From the NCBI GenBank assembly GCA_050575255.1, contig JBNZDD010013635.1, forward strand, positions 1,008,910 through 1,072,909: a stretch of DNA of 64,000 nt. The letters are read 5' to 3'. The notes under the pieces were generated by a model. It saw only the letters and a list, made by a program, of their open reading frames with translations, had not been told where the DNA came from and did no database searches. The position numbers were made by a program, and so were the translations under genes. Shown piece by piece: positions 49,148 through 60,525 of the stretch. Source of the DNA: Harriotta raleighana (Eukaryota). How positions within the stretch are numbered: the stretch's first letter is position 1; each line of letters starts with the position of its first letter.

Positions 49148-49483
49148 AGCCTCCCTCTGCACCAGAAAATCCAGTTTCCACCACAAATGAGACTTCAATC
49201 ATCCTGGAATGGAGCCCACCCAGAGAGAGTGGAGGCCGGAACGATATCACCTACAACATCCACTGCATGAAGTGTGGCGGAGATGTCAGAAGGTGCGGCC
49301 CCTGTGGGAGTGGCCTTCACTTTGTCCCACGCCAGTTTGGATTAACCTACACCAAAGTCCTCATTACTGATCTGCTGCCTCACACTAATTATACCTTTAA
49401 CCTTGAAGCTGTAAATGGTGTATCTGAACTGAGCCGCAGCACCAAACACTTTGTTTCCATCAATGTCACAACCAGCCAGGCAG
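49148..49483 (+). CDS. ek1: EphA receptor exon, presumed exon 5: first fibronectin type III domain
   Basis: Long pyrimidine tract, TAG acceptor (AG 49146-49147), donor GTGAGA at 49484; 336 nt, phase 1-1. Encodes (K)PPSAPENPVSTTNETSIILEWSPPRESGGRNDITYNIHCMKC...LLPHTNYTFNLEAVNGVSELS...VSINVTTSQA. Confidence 0.96.
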
Positions 49484-51393
49484 GTGAGACAAACCTCTAC
49501 TCTTCTTTGTAATCACTTCGAACAAGAAAACTGCAGACAATTTGGGGGCATGATCGGTTAATGTAAAAATCAACTATTTACAAAGGCGATAGCCTGGAAT
49601 AATGCTTGAACATAGTAACAGAATGATGCAGGGAAGTAAAGCTTATGCATCCTTTCAGTTTCACTTTTGTTTCCTATCCCAAACCCATGCACCATTTTCC
49701 ATTGCTGAATTAAAAATTTATCCCATTTCTTCTTGGATGCTTCAACTGAACCAGTTCACCCACTCCACTCGGTGGGAGTACATTGTATCAGAACAAGGAA
49801 GGAATGGTACTCTTTACAGCCTGCACCAGTTATCTATCACCTTTACTCCTGTCAGTCGTAATTCAGCCTGGAGCACAGATCCACAAGCTCCTAAATCCTT
49901 GCAGTATCTCACTCAAGTGGTTATTATTCCTGTATAAATATAGACAATGATGTTGACTGACTATCTGACAGTAATGATAGGAGGAGGGGATAAACGGTTG
50001 GGATTGCCACTCAGCCCAATGATCTGTTCACCTGACGTCCACAATGTGCATTTTCCTGCAAGGGATCACTGGATAAAGATAAAAATTGCATGGAGATCAA
50101 GGGATGGAAAACTGTTTCATGGTTGACTCTCACAAGTTGGGTTCACTATAGTTGAACGCAACTATAGTGATACCAACACCACTGAGCCATTGAAAGAGAT
50201 CTAAGACCGCTTTGTTCCGTCATAAATAGGCACCTGGTACAGTACTGGCAGAGAGTGACAGAAGCAGTTATTATTTTTTAATATCACTTCTGCTGAAAGA
50301 CACATTTCATTTGTAATTTGAATTTTAGTTAGTTATCGCTGCCCAATATATTCATATAATTCCAGGGGCTGCATTTCTTCAAATTTGTGAAAAATCAAGA
50401 TCCACTTGACATTCCGTGAACTTGTTCCAAAAGGATTATTCAGTGCGCACTTGAGTAATCAGAGCTTTGGGATTGCAGATTGCACTAGCAATGACCTGCT
50501 ACTCCAATCACTTCATACAGTTGTAATTAGACATCTCTTTTGAGCAGTTCTTATTTAGTAGCACATGTGAGCTGGAAGAGGGAAACACACACCATACAGT
50601 TGAAAAATTATGTGTCCACTGAGCCATTCTGCAAGCTGGAACATTGTAGCTGAGCGTTATTGAGCTAAGACACCCCTGAGTGCCAGGTCCTCAATGACAT
50701 TCAGCACAGACTAAGTGTTGTCAGCTTTAGGTTCTTTCAGAGAATTATTTGGGCCTAATCTTTGGTAATTATTGTGAGGAATATAAAAAAAGTTTGATGA
50801 TTGCCAACTGGCAGGTTTTTAGATGTTTTTATTTCCTTGTACTTTCCTGGCTCCAAAACCATCAATAAAGCAAAAGTGTCAGGGCGTTGAGTATTTGGGG
50901 TTTTCTTGAGTGTTGGCAATCCTCTGGAGTTCCAGAGGAAAGGAGAAAATTGTTTTTAGCTCTGGTTAGGTTTTCAAAGAGAGATGAAGAAAAATAGCAA
51001 GAGAAAGAAAGCGAGAGAGAGTGAAAGATAGAGAATGCACAATTGGTTGGAGAAAGTTCCTTCATACATTGCCACCAAATAGCCTTACTCAGTAATTTGA
51101 GCTAGGTGCATTTGCATCAATAGATTTATACCAGGGCTGCGTTCTTCCACCTTCCCAACTGAGGAGGATATTGTGGATGGGGGGGATGGAATTGGAAGAA
51201 ATTGCTGGAAGGAAATTACGAGAACAGCCAAGTATAGATCATTTCCAGTCTTCATACTAAAATGAAGTTTAGGTCACAAAACACAACACAAGCATAATGT
51301 TAGAAACAGCCCTAACTCAACAGGATAAAGTTAATTTGGGATTTACTTTGCTTTTTTATGCTCTTATAGATTGTGATATATAGTGAGAAAGTA

Positions 51394-51494
51394 ACACAAA
51401 TATACAGTCACTTCACTTTCCACTATATTCTGTGAATGGTTTTGAGACGTCTAGAACACTTGAAAAGCACTTTTTTAATGCAAGGATTATTATT
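51394..51494 (+). mobile_element. SINE 3' fragment (main family)
   Basis: CACAAATATACAGTCACTTCACTTT...TTTGAGACGTCTAGAA...ATGCAAGGATTATTATT. Confidence 0.8.
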
Positions 51495-52564
51495 ACTTTA
51501 TTTTTAGCTCTAATGTTAATTTTTTTAAATACAGGACTGAATTGACTCACTAGGATTCAAATCCAGAACTTTCCCACTCCCTTTATCTATTGCGTAACAA
51601 ACTGAGCAACACTGTTAGAAATCATCACCAAGTCAAAACGCAAAGCTCACCAACAATATGTCTCAGCATCACATTGTGCTTTCACAGACATATTAGTGAC
51701 CATCAGTGAAGCTTCTGCTTGGTGATAATTTGACTGTAATTATTCTTCAAGTTCAGTGACAGAAATTCATCCATATGAAACTAAATTCCAACTGCTTTAT
51801 TTAACTACAGTATTTGAGATTTAGCAGAGAGAATTGTATTTTATCTGATCAGTCAGTCTGGTCTGGATTTCATCCCAGTCCCAGAAGCAAAAGATCTATG
51901 TGCTAATGCAGTCCTTTATATTCAGTGTGATCAAAATCAATGAAATGCATCTAACTTGGTAAAACTCTTCTGAAAAAGCGAAACATTGAATCGTATCAGA
52001 CTCCAGGCCTTACATTGCAATCAGCAGGAAGAGCCTCGGTTATGTTAGACCCTGTCGATCTCACTGCCAACTTGATACTCAAACCCTCATGCAAATAACA
52101 ATAAAGAGTGATTTTGCAGAAAACTGTGCAGTATATTGTAAACTAATATGTCAGGGAGTGAGTTAAATGTCCTAATTCATCCCAAGGATGTTTAGAGAAC
52201 AGATTGTGATCGTCTCTTGCAATTTATTACTCTTGAATTCTAGCCATTTATTTCACTTCCAGGTATCAGAGGAGATATTTGTGTAGCATTGCAGCATCTG
52301 AATTTGCTCATACTATAACAGAAACAGTGCTCATAGGAAATTCAAAGCTTCAGTTCCTGGTTTGCAATGATTTGAAAGTTGAAGTTGCATTCAGGGCCTT
52401 ACAATTAGCATCAGTCCCCTTTGGACTCTTTCCAGATCATCATCAATGACTCACGTTGAACAATGTGTGCATTGCTTAGGTAAGAACAGGATTACTCTCA
52501 GATATTATGCTGCTCATGATCAAGAATGATGATCATTGTATTTACAAGTACAGTACTTGATTGT

Positions 52565-52671
52565 ACATAAGAATATAAGAATTAGAAGCAGGAATAGGCC
52601 ATTCGGCCCCTCAAGCCCCGCCATTTAATAAGATCATGGCTGATCTTCTATCCTAATTCCATTTGCCCGCC
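52565..52671 (-). mobile_element. CR1 (second family) 3' fragment
   Basis: ACATAAGAATATAAGAATTAGAAGCAGGAATAGGCCATTCGGCCCCTCAAGCC...AAGATCATGGCTGATC. Confidence 0.85.
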
Positions 52672-52942
52672 CAAGATCTGTATTCGAATCCAGGCAGGTC
52701 AGGGCGAAGCCTTGGATAAGTTTCCTTGCTCCACTCGCTTAATAATAATCCCTCAAATAAAATAATAATAAAATCGGTCATTTCAATCCATGACTGTTTG
52801 TGGGACACTGCTGTGCCCAATTGGCTGCTGCGTTTCGCCCACAAATATACAGTCAATTCACTTTACAGTATATTCTGTGAAGCGCTTTGAGACATCTAGA
52901 AGACATGAAAAGTGCTATATCAAATGCAAGGATTATTATTAA
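52672..52942 (+). mobile_element. SINE (main family) truncated just before the B box
   Basis: TTCGAATCCAGGCAGGTCAGGGCG...TGTTTGTGGGACACTGCTGTGCCCAATTGGCTGCTGCGTTTCGCCCACAAAT...ATCAAATGCAAGGATTATTATT. Confidence 0.9.
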
Positions 52943-53184
52943 TATGAAATGTCTGTGGTGATCAAAGAATGCTTACCTATATGAAGTACCAGAGAGTGGC
53001 CTGGATGCCCAACAGTTTGTGATATAAAGGTAAATAAAAGGAAGGAAGAACATTGGAAACAGGAAATATACAAGAACCAGCTCAGATGTGCCTGAGAAAA
53101 TGCCAAACAAAATCTTCACAGTCATTTTTAAACAGTGTCTTCCTTCACAAGGAAAGTTTTATACTCAAGTCCATCAACTGAATA

Positions 53185-53350
53185 ACAAGAACTTGGATTC
53201 ATATAGGGTCCTCCATGCCAGATGGTGTCTCAGAGAGCTTCACAAAGTGGAGCTCAGGGCTGAGCCAGGGGTAGGGGTAAAATGGTGACTAAAGGCACGG
53301 TCGAACAGAAAGGTCTTCAGGCGTGACCTGAAAATACTTTTGAAAGTCTT
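53185..53350 (-). mobile_element. Old L2 3' end
   Basis: Minus strand CTTTCAAAAG...CCTGAAGACCTTTCTGTTCGACCGTGCCTTT (LKTFLFDRAF, the L2 ORF2 end), followed by a degraded tail. Confidence 0.6.
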
Positions 53351-53762
53351 TAGATTGTAGACTGCAAGTAACATGTGTTTTTCCACTTCCCCCCCTCCCA
53401 CTGAGAAAAGAAAGCTGTTTGTGAAATGTACAAATGCACAGGATCAGGTTTGTGGAACTCAACTGGTGAGGTTTGTGTAACATGGGTTTCATTTGGACAT
53501 TGTCTCAGTTCTCATCACTTTCACATCAGAAGTGACCTTCCCATCAAATAGGGGAAGAGCGAGGACAAACTCGCAGGGTTTGATTTAGTAAATGTGATGT
53601 ACCTTGGGCTCAACAATCAATCTGTGTGATCAGCCATTCACCTTCTCGAATATTTGATGCAATACGCACCAAGGCCAAGCAGTGCCTGGTGGATAGGATG
53701 CATGGTCAAGGGTTTACCAGTGTGACACTTTACTAATTACCCACATTTCATCTGCATTGAAG

Positions 53763-53875
53763 TGAATGTGATTCTGAAGGAAAGAAAGAGCAAGGACAGC
53801 ATCACTCTAGCCTGGCAGGGACCAGATCATGCCAATGGTGCAATTGTGGAATATGAAGTCATCTATTATGAAAAG
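53763..53875 (+). CDS. ek1: EphA receptor exon, presumed exon 6: N-terminal part of second FN3 domain
   Basis: Not in the ORF track; translated by hand as (V)NVILKERKSKDSITLAWQGPDHANGAIVEYEVIYYEK. Donor GTCAGT at 53876. Branch point TACTAAT at 53731-53737, and the first downstream AG is 53761-53762; 113 nt, phase 1-0. The start is slightly less certain than the end. Confidence 0.88.
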
Positions 53876-54576
53876 GTCAGTATCGTGTAAGCCATCAATT
53901 GTCATTCTGCTGACAGAGGAAAGAATGTTTATGAAGAAAACCTTCTGTAAACTTCATTGAGAATAGAGTAAAGAAAGTCAGCCCTTATACAAAACAATCA
54001 AATAAGGTCCCATCAAACGTATTTTATGGACTGAGTAAAAAACGATACTCTCTCCGCATCCCCCCCATTTTGTTTTTATTCTTGACTCAATTCCCTTTCT
54101 TTGTGAGTTTTGTTAATTCTCTCCCTTTTTTCAGCTACTGGTGATTGCATGACTGTTCCCAGGTCACTCCTTAACTTTGGACTTGACTGCCCATGGGATG
54201 TGCCTGGTTTTATTCAAATTCCAGCTGTCACTCCCCCTCTAGGCATTAGCAGAAGCAAAGCTGCAGAGTGCTTAACCTCCCTCTCTGCTTGTGAATAAGG
54301 CATGGATAGGTAGAAAGAGAAAAGTACACTCCGTTTATTTTAAAAAGCATAGTCTACTTTATATTGACTAATATTATTGTGCCAATCAATGTGCAGAACA
54401 CTCCATGAAGTGTGTTACAAGTGTATTGGCTATTTCCATCAGGAATCATGACCTCCAGTGCCTACATTGGGTCCTATTTACTGGCATCAATCAATAGCCA
54501 ACTGACACTTCAGAACAGAATGAGTTGAATCAATATAAAGTCATTAAAACATTGGCTTATGTGTTTAATGTAACAG

Positions 54577-54739
54577 AATCAAAGGGACCAAAACTATACG
54601 GTTTTAAAAACCAAATCGAACAGCATGACGGTTGATGGATTGAAGCCTGGCACCACTTATGTGTTCCGGGTCAGAGCTCACACCAATGGAGGTTACGGGA
54701 CCTATGGTGGTGAGATTGAGTTGGAGACTAGTCAGGAAG
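54577..54739 (+). CDS. ek1: EphA receptor exon, presumed exon 7: C-terminal part of second FN3 domain
   Basis: CAG acceptor (AG 54575-54576) and donor GTGAGT at 54740; 163 nt, phase 0-1. Encodes NQRDQNYTVLKTKSNSMTVDGLKPGTTYVFRVRAHTNGGYGTYGGEIELETSQE (FN3 motif LKPxTxYxFxVRA). Confidence 0.95.
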
Positions 54740-57287
54740 GTGAGTAAAGGAAGATCAACACTGAACTCAAGCCCAGAAGAAGTGGAAGGTGAACAGTCAG
54801 TTTAGTTCTTGATGGTGGTGAATGTAGAGAGAATGGACTACTGAGGATGGAGGCAGATTGCATAAACAAATTCATTCAAAAGTTGGAAATTTAGAGTAAC
54901 CAACGTTCTTTCCTTATTTAAGGAGCCAACCAGACTTGTCCAGTCCCATACATTGCTATTTTCCTACACCAAATCTTATTATTTTAAACCCGATGTGATT
55001 GTTTAAAATGAATCCAAGGTACTGATACATTTAGATTTAGCGCTACATATTTTAGAGATACCGGAGTACATTTTCTCCTCAAGAGACCGCCTCAGGAAGG
55101 CGTTTTGTTAAAGTGGCTAGTCTGTTGTTAACCCATGCACAATTCTTGCATTGCTCAATTGTTGACAACCTTTTCAAATGCCATTGAGATTTCCTTGCAA
55201 AACCGGGTGAGTTGGGATTGGTTCTGAACCTGGACAATAATGTGGCTTATTTGCTGTCAGATATGTCTATCAGCATTGGTACCAAAGTTAAAAAATATAC
55301 ATAAAATTGCCGACTCTATGCACATCATGCAGTGGAGTGCTGGAGATAGGCCTTACGGATGAAGGACTCAAGTTGTGATCATTCTTCAATCAAACGTCTT
55401 GTCTTCGATTGCTCTAATACAGACCCCGTATCAGCTATGGAATATTTGTTTGAAAGTTATCCTCTCTGTGACCAAGAGTAGTTAATGCTCGACTATCACT
55501 GGCTAAAACTAAACAACATGCCCTTTGTGGCTGTCAGATTGGTAATTTAGTATATTATCATGCTTTACTGAGGAGTATATGTGAGTGTGTTTGTGGAGGG
55601 AGTGGTGAGGGTTGTGAATATACATCTCTCAAGATCTTCCCTGCATGCTGACTTCATGATCTCATACAAGTAGTCTATAACAAGCAGTGGGGAGGCCCAT
55701 GTATTTCACAACAGGGAAGAAGTAAAATGCTTTCAGACTCCTCTGCACAGCTGGTTATAGAGCATCTATACAAGAGGCACGTGATCAGCCTTGCTCATTG
55801 GCTAGAATGATGCTTGCAACCGAATAACACCTAATGTTAAGAAAATTAGCTGAGAATAAAAATGGTATAAATCCATGTGTGACCTTGAGTCCAAATATAA
55901 TTGTATACCGAACACAATAGCAATAGGTCCAAGGATGTTTCACTTGTGATTAGGCTCTTAATAAATGCCAATAACCAATTACTGAAAAGAAATATAGTGC
56001 AGGATTTTTTTTTTAAATTGTTTATTTGGAAGAAGTGCCAGGAAAGCTGTCACTAGTTGAACAATGCGAGTTAGTATTTCTGTTGCGGAAATTGGTAAAG
56101 ATATGATGGATAATTAATTTGTGTGGATTATTGCTTTTTTATTTTTCACTGGAGGGAGTTATTCTTTCTTTGGCTAGTGAAAATGTTTATTCGTGGACAC
56201 TTGAGTGTTTTTTGATTAAAAAGAATAACAACAGAACTGTGAGTCCACAGCTATTAAAAAGAATAAAGTATGCATCAATGCCATAAATCCCAGCTCATTT
56301 TCAAGCTTCCATTCACCAGCTCTCTACTTAAACCATAAGCCGCCAATGGAAAATGAACACAATTCACAAAATTGAGACATCACAGAAATTGTAAGCTACA
56401 TTTCTGGATTTCAAAAGGCTTATTATCATCTCATCCCAATTCCAGTAAACATCCGCAAGCAGGCTGGACATGAGCACCAGATCCAAACTGCTTTGGGCCA
56501 ATCTAATTTGAATTGGAAAATGAGAGTGTTGGTCAGCACATTGTTGGCAGGAAAAAACAGCCCTCTGCAGGTGTACTGAGAGAGGCTGCCATTCATCACA
56601 GTGGTTGTATGTTCAGAAACAAATAAAAATGTCCATGTTAGTGCCTAGACATTCTCTCACTGGCTTCCACAAATCTGGTTTGGAAGGGCATTGATAATTA
56701 CAAAACACAAAGCAGAGGGAAGCTCTTCTAGTTTGGTGCTCGTTTCCATTAGCTGCTTAAAAGAGAGATGAGTTCAGAGAGTAATAGGTTTAAAATCTTA
56801 CATCCTATTTGCCTTATATGTGTAGCATAGGAATCTTATGATCCTATTATTTCTGCATTTAACCATGCCTTTAGAGAAGTAAAGCAGATCATAAGGTCTG
56901 AGAGTTCCTTTAATGAATGATGTACTAATCTGCTGCCAGCACCTGTAACTGTAAACCAGTCAGCCGACTGTTTCAGGAGAAAAAGGAAGAAAATTGGAGA
57001 TAGGAAAAGACACTATGTCATCCTGCAGTATTGTGCTGTTGAAACAAATCAGACTGTCTGCAAGTCTGTTATGATATGTTCAGCACAAGATAAATGTTTA
57101 ATAAATGACCTGCCAAAACAAATGCCCACAATAAGATCATGAAAGTGACTCCCTTTTACAAAAATAGTTAGTCACTTCTTGCTTGTAGCATCTGAAATGA
57201 TAGTAGAACTTTAAATTTGTTGTTTTTTGCTACTGATGCGATGATTGAGCACATACCAATATGTTTGTCTTTTCATCTTATTTTTAG

Positions 57288-57396
57288 ATATGCTAGCGAT
57301 TGGTGATCCGAACCAGCCTACCATTATGGCTGTATCTGTCGCTGGTGGAATAGTTCTCCTAGTCTTCCTGGTTACCTGTTTTGTTGTCAGCGGAAG
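57288..57396 (+). CDS. ek1: EphA receptor exon, presumed exon 8: transmembrane segment
   Basis: T-rich tract plus TAG acceptor (AG 57286-57287) and donor GTAAAT at 57397; 109 nt, phase 1-2. Encodes (D)MLAIGDPNQPTIMAVSVAGGIVLLVFLVTCFVVSG(R), a hydrophobic helix followed by a basic residue. Confidence 0.93.
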
Positions 57397-58899
57397 GTAA
57401 ATGAAAAACATTTCTCAGCAATTCCTTTTTTTATTTTAATGTATTGAATTAAAGAGTGGGAGGGGAGGCGTGGGGAATGGGGGGAAGGGAATATAAAACA
57501 CAGCTCATGCCAAGACCAAAGCAGAACCAATAGAAAATTGTGCAAATATTTGCCAAAACATGCTTACATTCGATTTTGATGGGTGAATGGGACAGAGTGA
57601 TACAACAAATTTCTGATATGAAACTTAGAAAATACGAAAGCCTGGAATATGAAGAAAAGAGCCATTCAGTCCCATTAAGTCCCATTTGTTCCATGGACCA
57701 TGTGCCATCTACCCAATCATGGACTGTTTTGCTGAATCCTCAGAGGGAATGATCTATTATTATTATCTAAATATTCATTCATTCCCAAATGTAATCATGC
57801 AAAATGTCAGTTTATCTATTTCTACTTCAGTGTTCAACCACAGCAATTAACCTCCAAAAGCAATACTTCAAGTCCCAGCAGCACAGAAACAATTGTGTTC
57901 CATGCAATTTAGTGGCAGCTTATAGTATCTATGGATCTTTCCCATTCCCATAGCAGAGAATATTTTGAGTAATGTGCAATCTATTGAGGGCATTTTTATG
58001 GAGTGTGTTTATTCCCCCACTCCCAAGAGGTTTGCTTCTCTACCTATAGTGGCTTTTAGTTTATATTTAAAGTATATTGCGTCTCATCTCACTGACTCTC
58101 TTATCACCTCAACTTAATATTCTTACATTCTTCAATCGAGGTTTTAAAATTGGAAATCTGTACTGTACTATAAGTCTGAAAGCTTGATCTGTGGGATATT
58201 ATTCTTAATATTAGCCACTATTATAGCTACTTCAAGAAGCGTATTCGATTTTCATTTTGCATGCAAATGAAATGCAATATTCCAGCAGCCCTGTTTAATC
58301 AGTAAACTTGCTAATAACAAATGTCTTTGGAGCAGAAAGTCACATCTATATTCATATCGCCTTGCACGGTTAGATTGAGTGAAGCATAGACTGTGGGCTA
58401 TGGCTTAACCCTTCACTTAGACTGATTTGATACAGGTCACTGCATTTTCCATTTCTAAAACCTATTAACGCATCTTAAATGAAATGATTAGAGAATTTTA
58501 GAAAGTTTGCTTTTTTTTAATATCAGTGAAACTTTTAATTATAGAAAGTTATTATCGGAATGAATAGTCTATAGCTAGATTCGACAGTCTTCTACGATTT
58601 TATTCGAATTTGTAGATTTGGCTAGTTTTCATAGTCATGTTTGCACCAATTTCCATTTGAGGTTTCATTGCCATTTAATTTGAAATGAACACACGGATTT
58701 AATAGATTGTGTGGAAGTGCCTGTAGCATTCTTCAAAACCCTGAAGAAATCTATCTATTCATTATCGCAAATATAAAGGATGAAAGTCTATTTTGCAGTG
58801 AGAGAAGAATGCTATTTTACCAACTCTTTGATCTGGGGATGAATCTGAGCTGAACTAAAATGTATTCTTGGATCCTCTGAGCTAATTTACACAGCTGGT

Positions 58900-59103
58900 T
58901 GTAAGAATGTGGATTGTACTGCCCCCAGAATGTTATTGGGGGAGAATTTATTGGAATATTTAAAAGGCATGCTCAGTGTTAATTGGGATGCAACAGTATT
59001 ATAGCGAATGGACAAGAAGGGAAATGGGATCGAAATATCTGCTACAATCTAATAAATTAGCAGATGAGGCTTGATGGGATGAATGACTCCACCTGTCCTT
59101 ATC
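58900..59103 (+). mobile_element. Highly degraded CR1 3' end
   Basis: GAATGTGGA...CTGCCCCCAGA...ATTTAAAAGG...AAATGGGAT...GGCTTGATGGGATGAATGACTCC. Confidence 0.55.
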
Positions 59104-59643
59104 TACCAAAGAGTCAACAGATACTGAGAATACCGATGCAGTTCAGTGCTTCCAGGTTAGATTGATGATGCAGCGATCAGCAAGAAATACTTGTATGCAT
59201 CCTTCTTAAGTTGAATGAGGTAGTGAGGTATCACTGTGTAAGACAAAAATTATTCAATTACCTAATGTTCCTGAAAGAACAGAAAATATAATAAGGATTG
59301 GATACTTCAATTCTTTACTGGGGTAAGTAACCCACTGCCCTTTCCCAAAATTGGTGACAACGCGAAATGCCTCTAATTTAGCATTGCATTTGTAGTCTTA
59401 CACAGGTGCCCTGCCAATCATGAAATAGAATTGTCACCCTTTAAAGTAATTCCCTGGAAATAGTGTATCCACTCCAGGTTTCCATACAACTTTGATTTGT
59501 GGATTAACAAACCAAGAGTAAAATTTGCAGGTGGGCTAAATATTAAAGGCAAATCAAATCCCTTGTATTAATTTTCAATAGTTGTTACATAATTAGGGAT
59601 CTGCAATTTCAACTGTAAACATGTGGTTAACATAACCTGCATA

Positions 59644-60525
59644 TCATAGAATCTTACGGCACAAAAGGAGGCCATTCGACCCATCGAGTCTGTGCCGGCT
59701 CTTTAAAAAGAGCAATTTAATCCCACTCCCCAGCTCTCTCCCCATAACTTCGCAAATCCGTCCTCCCCAAATAAATGTCTACCTCTCTTTTAAAAGTTGT
59801 TATCGAATCGGCCTCCACCATCTTTTCAAGCAATACATTCCAGATCTGAACAACTCGCTGAGTGAAAAAATTTCTCCTCACCTCCCCTCTGCTTCTTTTT
59901 AAAACTATTTTAAATCTGTGACGATGAGTCACTGATACGCCCACCAGTGGAAACAGTTTTTCCGTATCTACTCTGTCGAATCCCCTCATGACCTCAAAAA
60001 CCTCTATTAGGTCTCCTCTCAACCTTCTCTGTTTCAATGAGAATAAACCTAGCCTCTCTAGCCTTTCCTCATAGCTGAAGTTCCTCATTCTCGGTACCAT
60101 CCTTGTAAATCTCCTCTGCACCCTTTCCAATGTCTTAACATCCTTCCTAAAGTGTGGTGACCAGAATGATACACAGTATTCTAGCTGAGGGCTAACCAAC
60201 GTTTTATAAAGTTTAGTCAGGACTTCCGAAACTTTTGTACTCTATGCCCCTATTTATAAAGCCCAGTATCCTATATGCTTTTTTGACAGCCTTGTCTACC
60301 TTTCCTGCCACCTTTAAAGAATCCTCACACAAATCCCCAGATCTCTGTGTTCCTTCACACCTCTTAAAATTGTACTACCTAGCATATATTGCCTCCCCTC
60401 ATTTCTCCTCCCAAAATGCATCATCTAACATTTCTCTACATTAAACTTCATCTGCCATGTGTCTGCCCATTTTACCATTCGGTCTATATCTTCTTGCAGA
60501 TGACTAACTACTATCCTCCTCACTA
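59644..60525 (-). mobile_element. CR1 LINE (young family), about 0.9-kb 5'-truncated copy
   Basis: ORF 59717-60199 gives LEYCVSFWSPHFRKDVKTLERVQRRFTRMVP...YEERLERLGLFSLKQRRLRGDLIEVF, the CR1 ORF2 C-terminus; WQMKFNVEKC upstream; 3' UTR and GATTCTATGAT tail. Confidence 0.95.

Noticed and set aside
49148-49150. Second AG in TAGAG as the exon-5 acceptor
   Set aside because: It would be phase 0 and incompatible with the phase-1 donor of the previous exon.
53721-53762. Alternative exon-6 acceptor CCAG at 53717-53720
   Set aside because: In frame but immediately gives GTG TGA (stop), and it lies upstream of the branch point.
59717-60199. 160-aa ORF as a host gene
   Set aside because: It is the C-terminus of CR1 ORF2 in a truncated copy with upstream disruptions.
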